Origin: Nitrospinaceae bacterium
Lineage (GTDB): Bacteria > Nitrospinota > Nitrospinia > Nitrospinales > VA-1
Length of the DNA: 64,000 bases
Direction of reading: 5' to 3'
Assembly: GCA_029261635.1 (NCBI GenBank)
Contig: JAJDAW010000013.1
Coordinates: 263-64,262, forward strand
Part shown: piece by piece, positions 19,153 to 29,173 of the stretch
How the letters are laid out: every line of letters starts with the position of its first letter
How positions within the stretch are numbered: position 1 is the stretch's first letter
The notes under the pieces: generated by a model
What the model saw: only the letters and a program-made list of their open reading frames with translations
The model's database searches: none
Told to the model about the DNA's origin: nothing
Translations under genes and position numbers: made by a program

Positions 19153-21422
19153 TTAGAAATATTTTTAATTTTATCTTTTAATATTTTTTCAAGACCAGAA
19201 TCTTGGTTTAGATTTAAAGCTATACGATATTTCTCTTCGGCTTCCCTGGTATTGCCTTGAGCCAAAAATACATCGCCTAGAAGAATCAAAGTATTCATGT
19301 TTGTTGGAAGCATGCTCAATGATTTTTCGAAAAAGGATTGGGCATTCACCCAGTCTTTTAAGTTCAAGTAATTGAACCCGATCTGGGTAAGTGTCGATGG
19401 CTTGGGTCCTGTGACTGCCATATAGTTATTGAACCCGTTAATGGAGTCTTGCCAATGCATTTGTTTTTGTTTGACGAGAGCAAGGTTGAATAAAGCGGGT
19501 TCATGCTTATTGTTCATCTCTAAACATTTTAATAGGTATTTTTCTGCTCGATCAAATTCACCTTGCATCATTAAAGCTGTTCCTAGATTGAAATGCGCTG
19601 GTAGTAAAGAGGGGTCTTGCTGAATCGCCGTTTCCCATTCCATAATCGCTAGAGAAATTTTTCCGGTTTTACCATAGACTTCTCCGAGATTTAGATGAGC
19701 AAGTGGAAAGAAGTTGTTACCACTTTGCGATTGTTTATCTTTGATTGCTTGTTGGTAGAGTTTTTCGGCTTTTTCATAAAGCCCTTTTTTGTTATAGACA
19801 GAGCCTAGCCCTATTTTTGCGGAAGAATGGTTGGGTCTGAGTGAAAGCGTTTTCTGGTATTCCTTTTCTGCGAGACCCAGTTTGCCCTGATCCAAATAAA
19901 TACTGGCAAGGTTATAGTGAGGTTCAACGAGTTCGGCTGCAATTCGCAGGTTGGGGTTGTTGAAGTTTGACGGGTCTCTTTTACTTAAAAGAAGCTCTTC
20001 TGCATTTCTCAGATTAAATTTGTCTTCTGTAAATTTAGGAATATTCGCAATACTCTTTTCAAAATGATAGCCCGCGCGTGCGAGGTTCCCTTTTTCGAAG
20101 TAAGCTTTTCCAAGGTTATTATGTGCTCGGGACGACGATGGATTTTTCCTTGCGACGTCTTCCCATAAGCTTATTTCACTGATCCAATCACTATTTCTTG
20201 TAATGGTTGTCAAACTGAGAGCGATTATTATTAGTGATAAAAAACCAGATCTCCACATTGAACAAAAGCGGGATAGTCCCCAACCTACTACCATGCATAT
20301 TCCTAATGTCATTGGAAGGTAGGTGCGGTGCTCCACCGCTAGATCGTTCAGCGGCATAAAACTTGAGGTTGGTGCGAGTGTTATGAAAAACCATGCTGTT
20401 CCTGCCAACAACCATAAATTTCGTGACCTAATAACAGCCACTACCAGACCTACTATGATTAATATCGCCAAGGCAATAAGAGGGTCTTCATTGATGGAGC
20501 TGAAGGGCATGCCGCTGTCCACACTTAAGTTGAATGGAAAAAGGAATAGCCTTAAATAATAAAAAACAATCACCTTTATTTGGATAAGCAGGTAGGGTAG
20601 TTGGCCATACAACTCGAACCCTTGGTCTTTTGCTTTGTAAAGCCAGGAATCTCCTAATAAAAATAATGATGCGATAGAAAATAAAATGAGCAGTAAATAG
20701 GCCCAGACCCTTTTCCACAATGCTTCTTTGTCTTCTCTGGGAAAAATGAAAACAAAATACCAGAAGCCCATCAACAGCGGTAAAGTCGCAGCGATCAATT
20801 TGGACGCAAGACTTAGATACATTGTTGCGATCATTGGCGGGATTATGATCAAGTATTTTGTTAAGGAGATATTCCTTTTTTTAGGACTAAATAAATTCAG
20901 AAAAAGGTATAAAGAAATTAAATAGAAAAATGTCGCAAGAACCGATGAGCGAGCAGAAATATAAGATATGGAATCTGTATTTAAAGGGTGTAGTGAAAAT
21001 ATTAGAGCGGTTATGAATGGAAATATCCAGATCCCGTTCGAATTAATTGTTTCGGGACTTTTATTGCGTGTTCTATTAAAACTTCTGTAAAAAGAAGAAG
21101 TTTTTAAAACTAAAAAAAATATTAGAAGAGTGACTCCAATATGGAGCGTAAGGTTAACTAAGTGGAATCCGAATTCCTTGTTTTTACCTAGAGAGTTGTT
21201 TAGTGCATAAGTCCAAAGAAGAACGGGTCGATTTTCAAACGCAGAAAATTTTACAAATTGGTTGAATGATTCCAAGTCTGCAATCCAATGGCTGCTGATC
21301 AGAGGAACATCATCGAACTGAAAAGAACCTTTTAGCGAATTGAAATATATCCCGGTGCTGGATAAAATCAACAGTAGAACGCAGGCCAGTTGTTTTTGTA
21401 TTCTTGCCGGGAAGAGAACCAT
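19149..21422 (-). CDS. TMTC/DUF1736-like GT-C membrane domain + TPR protein, paralog 1
   Basis: FQFDDVPLISSHWI loop motif, LAVEHRTYLP motif, long TPR C-terminus; stop overlaps next start (ATGA). Confidence 0.6.
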   Translation of the reverse strand: MVLFPARIQKQLACVLLLILSSTGIYFNSLKGSFQFDDVPLISSHWIADLESFNQFVKFSAFENRPVLLWTYALNNSLGKNKEFGFHLVNLTLHIGVTLLIFFLVLKTSSFYRSFNRTRNKSPETINSNGIWIFPFITALIFSLHPLNTDSISYISARSSVLATFFYLISLYLFLNLFSPKKRNISLTKYLIIIPPMIATMYLSLASKLIAATLPLLMGFWYFVFIFPREDKEALWKRVWAYLLLILFSIASLFLLGDSWLYKAKDQGFELYGQLPYLLIQIKVIVFYYLRLFLFPFNLSVDSGMPFSSINEDPLIALAILIIVGLVVAVIRSRNLWLLAGTAWFFITLAPTSSFMPLNDLAVEHRTYLPMTLGICMVVGWGLSRFCSMWRSGFLSLIIIALSLTTITRNSDWISEISLWEDVARKNPSSSRAHNNLGKAYFEKGNLARAGYHFEKSIANIPKFTEDKFNLRNAEELLLSKRDPSNFNNPNLRIAAELVEPHYNLASIYLDQGKLGLAEKEYQKTLSLRPNHSSAKIGLGSVYNKKGLYEKAEKLYQQAIKDKQSQSGNNFFPLAHLNLGEVYGKTGKISLAIMEWETAIQQDPSLLPAHFNLGTALMMQGEFDRAEKYLLKCLEMNNKHEPALFNLALVKQKQMHWQDSINGFNNYMAVTGPKPSTLTQIGFNYLNLKDWVNAQSFFEKSLSMLPTNMNTLILLGDVFLAQGNTREAEEKYRIALNLNQDSGLEKILKDKIKNISK

Positions 21423-21655
21423 TGCACCTTAAATGAAGAGGAAACAGCAAAATCGTAGGGAAGGCCAAAAATGTTCCCTAATTATATATATAATAACCTT
21501 GGAAAGAGTTAAACCTTCAATTTTCTGATTAGTTTTCTGCTGATTTTGGTTGAGCAGCATATGGGAAAGAGGGCTGGATTCTGAATCGAATAGTTTGTTC
21601 TGGTATAAATATTTGAAAACCTCATTGAAATAGGGTTCGGTTCTAGCCAGATATT

Positions 21656-21742
21656 GCCGAAGTGGCGGAATTGGTAGACGCGCATGATTCAGGTTCATGT
21701 GCGCGAAAGGGTGTGGAAGTTCGAGTCTTTTCTTCGGCACCA
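21656..21742 (+). tRNA. tRNA-Leu (anticodon CAG), CCA encoded
   Basis: Hand-folded cloverleaf: acceptor GCCGAAG/CTTCGGC, anticodon stem CATGA/TCATG with loop TTCAGGT, long variable arm, TTCGAGT T-loop, terminal ACCA. Confidence 0.85.
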
Positions 21743-21830
21743 CTCGCTAGTGTGAGGGGTAAATAATAAAATGAAGAAGGTGCTAAAGCAAAGTTACATG
21801 CTCCCATCAATTGCTTTAAAGTTGGCTGAT

Positions 21831-22625
21831 CTAAGAAAGTTTTTTAGTAGATACTTTCAGTGCGGGATCTTGTCGATAAAAACCCTGTAAAACCTGATAA
21901 AGTTTTGGGTGATAGCGTTTCATGTTTTCAGGTTTGCAAAAAAAATGTTCCGTCACCACCGCAAAAAATTCAGCTTCGTCAGTTGCTGCATAACTATCAA
22001 AAAATGTAGACTTGCCATGGCCTACCTTGTTGCATAGCTCTAGATATTCTTTGGAGCATACTTCAATCCACCGCTGATATTCCTCAGAAGTAGTTAGCAA
22101 TGGAGTGCCATCTGCACTGCCATCAAGCATGTCCAATTTGTGAGCAAATTCATGATAGACAACATTATGACCGTGCTCGGGATGCCGGGTTTCCTTTTTC
22201 ACCACATCCCAAACAAGTATCACTGGGCCACGATGGTGGGCTTCGCCTAGAATTGGCATCGCTCCTTGCACGGGAGTAGTGCGAACTTCAAAAAAACCAG
22301 CGGAATTCTGAGGAGAAAAGATTGTTGAAGGATAGACATAAATGGATTCCACATTGCGGTAATAGTCATTTGGCAGCGCGAGTATCATCAAGCAGGCATG
22401 GGTAGCGATCATGACGCGAATTTCATCCGTCAATTCCAAGCCATTGCACCCCAACCATGACTTTTCGGCAATAAAGATTTGGATGAGATCTTGTAAACGC
22501 GTTTTTTCTTTATGGTTGAGGTATTGATAATATGGAATGTTATTTTGAATATGCCTCTCCCACTCGCTTGAAAAAGGAGTGGCTATTATTTTTTTTCGCC
22601 GATTATTCCTAAACCACTGCCACAT
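21831..22625 (-). CDS. MtfA-like zinc metallopeptidase (M90 family)
   Basis: YHEFAHKLD zinc motif; start placed at ATG (MWQWFRNN) rather than upstream TTG at 22661. Confidence 0.75.
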   Translation of the reverse strand: MWQWFRNNRRKKIIATPFSSEWERHIQNNIPYYQYLNHKEKTRLQDLIQIFIAEKSWLGCNGLELTDEIRVMIATHACLMILALPNDYYRNVESIYVYPSTIFSPQNSAGFFEVRTTPVQGAMPILGEAHHRGPVILVWDVVKKETRHPEHGHNVVYHEFAHKLDMLDGSADGTPLLTTSEEYQRWIEVCSKEYLELCNKVGHGKSTFFDSYAATDEAEFFAVVTEHFFCKPENMKRYHPKLYQVLQGFYRQDPALKVSTKKLS

Positions 22626-22981
22626 AAAATTGAACCTCGCTGAATCACCGCCACGCCTCAAAAAATTTGGAAATCAAAGGTCAAAGTGGCGTTGTTGCTT
22701 GCTATATTAATCCTTTCCTCAAATTCACTCTACCCATAAAGTATGTATCAAACTTCCTCTCAGAAATATCTAGTTATGGTCGATTTCCGCCAAAACAGAC
22801 CCTTTCAAAACCCATTAATAGTCAGCGATCGACCATAATCTGGCCTCAAACAATTAATATTGATACCTGTTTACTGTGAGACTGAAATTTTACCCACCTT
22901 GCAACCCAATTCTAGATAAAAGGACGTAGTTAAATGTTATAGGTTTTCCTTGTATATTTTGATTATAGTATTGTATTTTTA

Positions 22982-25015
22982 ATGTTTAACCATATAAATA
23001 AAATAATGAAACAGATTTTATTTTTAATTTTGACTCTAGCTTTAATTCTGAGTGGTTCCGCCGTGGCAAACGAAGCATTAGGGACTGTTGTGGAATTAAA
23101 CCTTGAGGAGCGGGAATGGATCAAGGACCACCCAACTATAAGATTATCGCCAGACCCCGATTTTCTTCCCCTCGAATATATTGATAAATCGGGAAAGTAG
23201 GTAGGTATTGCTGCCGATTATGTTCGTTTGTTGGAAGAAAAACTGAATATTCATTTCAAAATTTTAAAGTTAAAAAATTGGGATGAAGTAATCGAAAAAA
23301 CCAAAATAAGAGATACAGATATGTGGGGGGCGGCCACCCCAACGCCGCAACGTTTAGAGTACATGCTGTTTACCCAACCTTTTATTGAACTTCCTGCAGT
23401 AATAATTGTAAGAAATAAAACACAAGCGACTCTTTCATTGAAGGAGCTTAAAGGATTAAAGATAGCGGTTATTTCTGGGTATGGAATTCACGACTATCTT
23501 TCCCTAAACCATCCTGAAATAAAATTGGATGTTGTATCTGATATATCCACGGGATTAAAAAAAGTTTCCTTTGGCATGGTAGATGCCATGATTGCGAATA
23601 TAGCCTTGGCAACACATTATATTGAGAAGGATGGAATCAGCAATCTCCGCGTGGCAGGAAAATCTGGTTACATATATAAATGGGGATTAGCTAGCCGAAA
23701 CGATTGGCCAGAATTAAATAAAATCCTCCAAAAAGGAGTAGACCTGATTGACGAAAGAGAAAAAAATGAAATTTATCGGAAATGGGTTGGATTAAAAATA
23801 GCTTCTTCTCTGACTTTCAAAGATTTTGTCCTACCAGTATTATCTCTTCTGTCTTTATTTGCTGTAATTGCCATCATCATTTCAAATCGTGTTCTGAAAA
23901 AACAGGTAAAAAAAAGAACCCGAGATTTACAAATGATCCTAAATTCAGTTGGCGAAGGAATATTTGGTTTAGATTTAAAGGGGCAGACCACATTCAGTAA
24001 TCCAGCAGCCCAAAAAATGCTGGGCTATTCCCTGGAAGAAATGTCTGGTCAAAACCAGCATTCATTAATTCATCATACAAAATCAAATGGGGAACCCTAC
24101 CCTAATCAAGAATGTCCAATATATCTGGCCTTGAGGGATGGAAAAACACATCATGTCGCTGAAGAAATATTCTGGAGAAAGGATGGAACTTCATTCCCCG
24201 TTGAATATGTTAGTACTCCGATAATTGAAGATAAATTGCCCGTGGGAGCTGTCGTTACTTTTAGAGATATAAGTAAAAGAAAGAATGATGAAATCTTACT
24301 AAAGCAATATTCAAATAGTTTGGAAAGAAGCAACAGAGAGCTTTCCAGTTTTGCCAGTATTACTTCGCATGATTTAAAAACACCCATCCGAAAAATTGCA
24401 AATTTTTGCGTTTATATCGATGATGGTGAATCCAGATTGTCTGATCAAGCGAAAAAATATTTAAGCAAAATTGACCTGGCAGCGACTCATGCGGCCGATT
24501 TGGTTGATGGGATTTTAAGTTATTCGCAGCTGGGGGAAGACACGGCTCCGTATAAAAAAATAGACCTAAATAAAACAATATTAAAAGTTAAGGAATATTT
24601 GGAAGTTGAGATTAGAGAAGTAAAGGGTAAGATTGAGTTTAATAACCTTCCATCTATTTTTGGAAATGAGCTTCAAATAGAACAATTGTTTGAAAATCTA
24701 ATATCCAACTCCCTAAAGTATAAAAAGGAGGGAGTAGCCCCTATTATTAAAATAACTCATTCTGAAAAAAGTGAGGGCAATTTACAGTTATTCGTAAAAG
24801 ATAATGGAATAGGTTTTAAAAATATTTATGCTGAAAAAATCTTTGATCCATTTCAACGGCTGGATGGGGATATCTCTAAAATAGGAAGTGGACTGGGATT
24901 GTCAATATGTAAGAAAATAATGTTAGCGCATGAGGGTGATTTGACGGCAGACGGTGAAATCGGTCAAGGAGCGGAGTTTACCCTTACATTTAAGAAGATG
25001 ATCGAAAATGAATAG
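22982..25015 (+). pseudogene. Sensor histidine kinase (periplasmic SBP_bac_3-like domain, TM, PAS, HisKA, HATPase) interrupted by one in-frame TAG at 23198-23200
   Basis: ORFs 22982..23200 and 23228..25015 share a frame. Read-through gives signal peptide ...PLEYIDKSGK*VGIAADYVRLLEEKL, a contiguous solute-binding-domain motif. H-box ITSHDLKTPIRKI; DNGIGF; GSGLGLSICKKI. Confidence 0.7.
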
Positions 25016-25439
25016 AAACGGTCTTAATTTAGTGATTGTTGATGACGATCAGCATGATTATGAATTTCTTTCTCGCATGTTAGAGGGATTTGATCTCCCT
25101 CTTAAAACAATATGGCTTAAAGATGGTGAAGAAGTAATTGACTATTTAGAAAAAATGGCAAGTTTTAGGGACCAAAATTCATATAAAAATGTGTTTATTA
25201 TGGATATAAACCTGCCAAAAGTGAATGGTTTGGAGCTGATCAAAATAATTAAAAATCATTGTAATGCCAAAGAAAGTTTTGTCATTATGCTATCTGGATC
25301 AATGTCAAAAAGCGATTTAGAAACCGCAGAAAAAAATGGATCCGATTATTTTTTAAAGAAACCCTTTGGAAAACGAGAAATCGATGAATTTAGCAACTCA
25401 CTTTTCTCCAAATTATCTTCCCTGATTGAAGTGAGTTGA
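25008..25439 (+). CDS. Single-domain response regulator (receiver only)
   Basis: VIVDDDQHD, MDINLPKVNGLELIK, SGS...K pattern; overlaps kinase stop by 8 nt. Confidence 0.85.
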   Translation: MNRNGLNLVIVDDDQHDYEFLSRMLEGFDLPLKTIWLKDGEEVIDYLEKMASFRDQNSYKNVFIMDINLPKVNGLELIKIIKNHCNAKESFVIMLSGSMSKSDLETAEKNGSDYFLKKPFGKREIDEFSNSLFSKLSSLIEVS

Positions 25440-25834
25440 ATTTTCAATTAGAAATAGGGGGAAGGTTAGTAGCTAGGCGTAATGATACTAAAAAAATAGC
25501 CCTTAATTTCTTCTTTTGTCCGAACCCTGCCAATAAAGGTTCTTTTCTACACCTTAAAAATCGATAACAGGCTCGTTACAGGGTCTCACCTCATACGCCT
25601 GACAGGGTGTAGCAATTTGAATCTTCTTTTTTGTGATCTCTAGGGAGAGCCGTAAATTAAAAAATCGACTCAGTAACAATGTTTTTGCTTTGCCATAGTG
25701 AATGGAATGATGATATTTGCTATCGACTAAAGCAGAAACTTAGGAGGGTTTGTTAATTTAGTGCTGCTTATACTCCAATGCGAGTTTTCCGCCTGGCACA
25801 TAAATATAAAGAGGATTCTACGGAAAAAACCTTC

Positions 25835-25987
25835 CTACATAGCTTGAAATTGTTTGGTAGGAGAACTTTTATCCTTATTTGTTTTTTTCAGTTGTTCGAA
25901 TTTAGTATTTGCCATTTTTAGCTGAGATTCGAGAATTGCTAAACGAACCCGCAATTGGCTGGACTCGTTGTATTTAAGATCAATCAT
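25835..25987 (-). CDS. Possible small coiled-coil protein (50 aa), below ORF-track cutoff
   Basis: Hand translation MIDLKYNESSQLRVRLAILESQLKMANTKFEQLKKTNKDKSSPTKQFQAM; GGAG 6 nt upstream of ATG; Fur-box-like sites in its promoter region. Confidence 0.35.
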   Translation of the reverse strand: MIDLKYNESSQLRVRLAILESQLKMANTKFEQLKKTNKDKSSPTKQFQAM

Positions 25988-26040
25988 TTGTTTCTCCACT
26001 TTTTAAGATTTTGCGCCTGATAATCATAACTTTTAACCAT

Positions 26041-26059
26041 AGTAATGAGAATCATTATC
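26041..26059. promoter_or_regulatory. Fur-box-like operator
   Basis: AGTAATGAGAATCATTATC matches 16 of 19 positions of GATAATGATAATCATTATC; second partial site TGATAATCATAAC at 26018-26030. Confidence 0.45.
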
Positions 26060-26278
26060 AAAGTCAAGCTATTATTGATAAAATCGATCAACTAAGGACG
26101 TTTTTGGGGGAAATAGTTCTCTTTACTCCAAATAAACCAATGATCACCCCGTTTCAAAGTCTCACCACACTACCAACTACAAAAAATAAATGTTAACTTA
26201 GGTTATTGATCTTGATGCTTTATAAGAGTTTTTTAGTTTATTGCCACGATTCATTTTTCCAAAGAAGGAGGTATTAAT

Positions 26279-26632
26279 ATGCATAAAAGACTATCACTAG
26301 GAAGTTTGCTATTCGGAGCAATGGCTTTTGTCTCTCTCGTAGCTATGTCGACTATGGTTTCGGCCAGCCATGAGAATCATGTTTACGAATCTATTTTGCA
26401 TGCAGCTGAAGCCAAAGCTCATGGAGAAATGGGACATGCGGATGATGCAACCCAGCATGCTAAAGCGGCAGTTTCACATGCAAAGATGGGCACCAAGGAA
26501 TCAAAAAATCCGCATCTTGCAGAAGGCCTTAGTCATCTTGAAGAAGCTGTTGACCACGGTCAACAAGGACATGCTAAAGTTTCAGCCAAACATGCGGGTG
26601 AAGCTTTAAAACATCTTAGGCAGGTTCATTAA
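26279..26632 (+). CDS. Secreted His-rich small metal-binding protein, SmbP-like
   Basis: Signal peptide then repeated H-containing helical heptads (HAKAAVSHAKMG, HLEEAVDHGQQGHAKVSAKHAGEALKHL); AAGGAGG RBS. Confidence 0.6.
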   Translation: MHKRLSLGSLLFGAMAFVSLVAMSTMVSASHENHVYESILHAAEAKAHGEMGHADDATQHAKAAVSHAKMGTKESKNPHLAEGLSHLEEAVDHGQQGHAKVSAKHAGEALKHLRQVH

Positions 26633-26675
26633 AAAATAATTTTCTGATTTATCAGTATTAGTTTAGCTACAAATT

Positions 26676-26721
26676 AAAGCCCGCTTCTCACTAGTTACTA
26701 AGTGAGGGGCGGGCTTTTTTT
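26676..26721 (+). terminator. Rho-independent terminator
   Basis: 16-bp stem AAAGCCCGCTTCTCAC / GTGAGGGGCGGGCTTT (two G-U pairs) followed by T7. Confidence 0.85.
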
Positions 26722-26978
26722 ATTTTTCTGTCCCCAAAATAATCTGTAATAACTTAGGGATCTTTTTTGGGTTCACTCGCAAGAGTCTGAAGTCAAATTA
26801 TGCCCGACCGCAGATAGAGCTTTTCTCCCTTCTATATATAGGCATAGCACGGCAGTTCAATTAAAACCTGAAGCCTCACAAACAAGCAATCTTGACTATA
26901 AGAGCATTACCCACACTTTTTAATTCGGGGGTGTGGTAAAACATTTCCAGATATTAACGAATAGCGAGGAGATAAGTT

Positions 26979-27293
26979 TTGGCAAATTATATGATTGCAT
27001 ATTACGGAGGAAAACAACCAAGTTCCCAAGAAGAAGGAATGGCCCAGATGGGTAAATGGAAAGCTTGGGTAGAAGGGCTTGGTAACAAAGTAGTCAACCC
27101 CGGAACACCTTTAATGGAAACTAAAGCTATAACTTCAAGTGATGTTCAAGACGAAAAAGATCCCAATGCGATGAAAGGTTTTGCTGTTGTTAAAGCGGAT
27201 AGCATAGAAGCGGCTGTTGAAATTGCCCAGTCTGATCCATTTTTAGAAAATGGAGGAACAATTCGTGTCTCTAAAATGATGGAAATGAATTAG
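26979..27293 (+). CDS. YCII/DGPF-like domain protein
   Basis: YMIAYYGG...GFAVVKADSIEAAVEIAQSDPFLENGGTIRV pattern; TTG start 7 nt after GAGGAG. Confidence 0.55.
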   Translation: MANYMIAYYGGKQPSSQEEGMAQMGKWKAWVEGLGNKVVNPGTPLMETKAITSSDVQDEKDPNAMKGFAVVKADSIEAAVEIAQSDPFLENGGTIRVSKMMEMN

Positions 27294-27340
27294 ATAAATC
27301 TCTATCGCCAACAATAGCGTTTTTTTCTGGTTGAATTTGA

Positions 27341-27967
27341 ATGATGCAATGCCCTAAATGCAAATTTGAACAGGCCGCCTCTGAAACTTGCACCAATTGC
27401 GGAATCATATTTTCCCGATATAAAGAAGCACAAGAACGAAATAAAGAGATCGCAAAAGATATTCGCCCTTCTCCACCAGTACAAAAGAATATTGGCAACG
27501 ATATTTTGTTCTATTCCATGTGCGTTATCTTTGTCGCAGTTGTTTTTGCACGAATCATCTTTTTTATAGAATTTCCTGTTTTTTTAGACCCCTATTTTAG
27601 GCTGCTTATGTTGGGTGCAATGGTATGGTTGGGGTTCGGCATTGTTCCTCGCGGCGGGGCTCTGTTTGCTCGTTTGGATCAAAAAACCGATACAAGGTGG
27701 GGGCTGGATGGTTTTAATGTTTATGATAAAAAAGCCATCTTTATTTTTTCAGCATTTGGTTTGGTGTTATTTGGCTACCTTGCGCGGGCGTTGTTAAGTG
27801 GTAGCATAGATTGTTTCGCGGGCAGAAATCAAACCTGCCATGAGATTTACGATTCCATTGCTGATCCTGGCGAGTTTTGGGTCACCGCATTAGTTTATTA
27901 TTTCGTTGCCCTGATTCCTACTATTGTAGCTTTCATGGGCGTGCAATTGAGACGCAACAGAGAATAG
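27341..27967 (+). CDS. Membrane protein with N-terminal zinc-ribbon
   Basis: CPKC...CTNCGIIFSRYKE followed by 4-5 TM segments. Confidence 0.6.
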   Translation: MMQCPKCKFEQAASETCTNCGIIFSRYKEAQERNKEIAKDIRPSPPVQKNIGNDILFYSMCVIFVAVVFARIIFFIEFPVFLDPYFRLLMLGAMVWLGFGIVPRGGALFARLDQKTDTRWGLDGFNVYDKKAIFIFSAFGLVLFGYLARALLSGSIDCFAGRNQTCHEIYDSIADPGEFWVTALVYYFVALIPTIVAFMGVQLRRNRE

Positions 27968-27972
27968 CTCTA

Positions 27973-29124
27973 ATGAAAATATGTTTAACAATTAATTCTT
28001 CGCCTTGGTCTAAGTTTAAGGGCGGCGGTCAGCTTGCGGTTCATCAACTGGCCTGCGCGCTTTCTGCTAAGGGCCACGAAGTGCATGCCTTGTATTCAAA
28101 ATATCCTGATGAACATTTCGAAGTGGAAGTTCCTTATAAAGTCCATTGGGCACAACATCACGATTTTGCTACGGTCAATTTAAATATATTTTCCTATTCC
28201 AAGGTTCTGGCTCCGTTAGCGAAGAAAGAAAAATTTGATGTCATCCATGGCAACGCGGAAGAAGCTTGTGGAGTAGGAAATATTGCGGCGAGAATAAAGG
28301 CTGCTTATGTGTTCACTTCGCATGCGCCGAACATCCCTACTACTGGGATGCTGAGGGGCATGGCTCATCCGATTCGGTTTCTAAAAAGCATCAACACTTA
28401 TCTTTTGCGACAAGCGATGGATGAAGCCGATCGTATCGTGGCGTTCAGTCAATTTTCTCGCGATCTCATTGTAAAAGGGCTGGGCAATGCCTGCGCTAAA
28501 CGTGTGGAAGTGGTTCCGCCTGGAATAGAAAGTTCCTGGTTTGAAGTGGAAAGAAATCAAGTTGCCCCTGCACAGCTTTTATTTTGGGGCCGGGTGGAAG
28601 AGGAAAAAGGTTTGCCTGAACTTTTCGTAGCCTTAAAAACGGTTGCTAAAAAGTTTGAGAATGTAAAATTGACTCTGGTCGGCGAAGGCAATCGATTGCA
28701 AGAGTATGAAACCCTTGTGGCCGATCTTGGCCTAGGGGATCATGTGGAATTTACCGGATGGCTAAACAATCGGGAAATTCAAACTCTGGCAGCTAAAAGC
28801 AGTATCGGTATTTTTCCTTCCCGAATCGAAAGTTTTGGCTTATCCGTGGTGGAGGCCATGGCGACGGGGCTACCGGTGATCGCCGCCCGTGGTGGAGCTG
28901 TCCCGGAAAATATCGAAGATGGAGTGACTGGAACACTGGTGCCCGTTAATAATTCCGATGCCTTGGCCGAGGCTCTGATTAGAGCTCTAGAAATTCCGCA
29001 ATCAGCAGAAACGATGGCAAAAGCAGCAAAATCTGGGGTTAATCAGAAGTTTTCATGGCTCCGGGCTGCTGACAGCATGATCGAAATTTATAAGAATATC
29101 CGCATGAAAACACCTTCTATATAA
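27973..29124 (+). CDS. Glycosyltransferase family 4 (GT-B, Glycos_transf_1)
   Basis: MKICLTINSSPW..GGGQ start, GRVEEEKG, ESFGLSVVEAMATGLPVIA motifs; start moved to ATG 27973. Confidence 0.85.
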   Translation: MKICLTINSSPWSKFKGGGQLAVHQLACALSAKGHEVHALYSKYPDEHFEVEVPYKVHWAQHHDFATVNLNIFSYSKVLAPLAKKEKFDVIHGNAEEACGVGNIAARIKAAYVFTSHAPNIPTTGMLRGMAHPIRFLKSINTYLLRQAMDEADRIVAFSQFSRDLIVKGLGNACAKRVEVVPPGIESSWFEVERNQVAPAQLLFWGRVEEEKGLPELFVALKTVAKKFENVKLTLVGEGNRLQEYETLVADLGLGDHVEFTGWLNNREIQTLAAKSSIGIFPSRIESFGLSVVEAMATGLPVIAARGGAVPENIEDGVTGTLVPVNNSDALAEALIRALEIPQSAETMAKAAKSGVNQKFSWLRAADSMIEIYKNIRMKTPSI

Positions 29125-29173
29125 AGAAATCGGTTAAAATATCCGTTAAGACAGGAAACTTTCAGGTCTTTCA

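Noticed and set aside
21429-21743. 104-aa minus-strand ORF
   Set aside because: It overlaps a well-formed tRNA-Leu(CAG) on the plus strand (21656-21742) and has no protein-like features. It is a spurious ORF.
25577-25608. Direct repeat TACAGGGT / GACAGGGT spaced 24 bp apart downstream of the response-regulator gene, as a possible regulator-binding site
   Set aside because: It is only an 8-mer pair, the adjacent regulator lacks a DNA-binding domain, and no target promoter is evident. It cannot be distinguished from chance.
26370-26609. 79-aa alternative-frame ORF inside the SmbP-like gene
   Set aside because: It is fully nested in a gene with a signal peptide, RBS and terminator, and there is no independent support for it.
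27877-27972. N-terminal extension of the GT4 ORF overlapping the preceding gene
   Set aside because: The extension overlaps the zinc-ribbon membrane protein gene in another frame and has no GT4-like sequence. ATG 27973 (MKICLTINSSPW) is the family-typical start.
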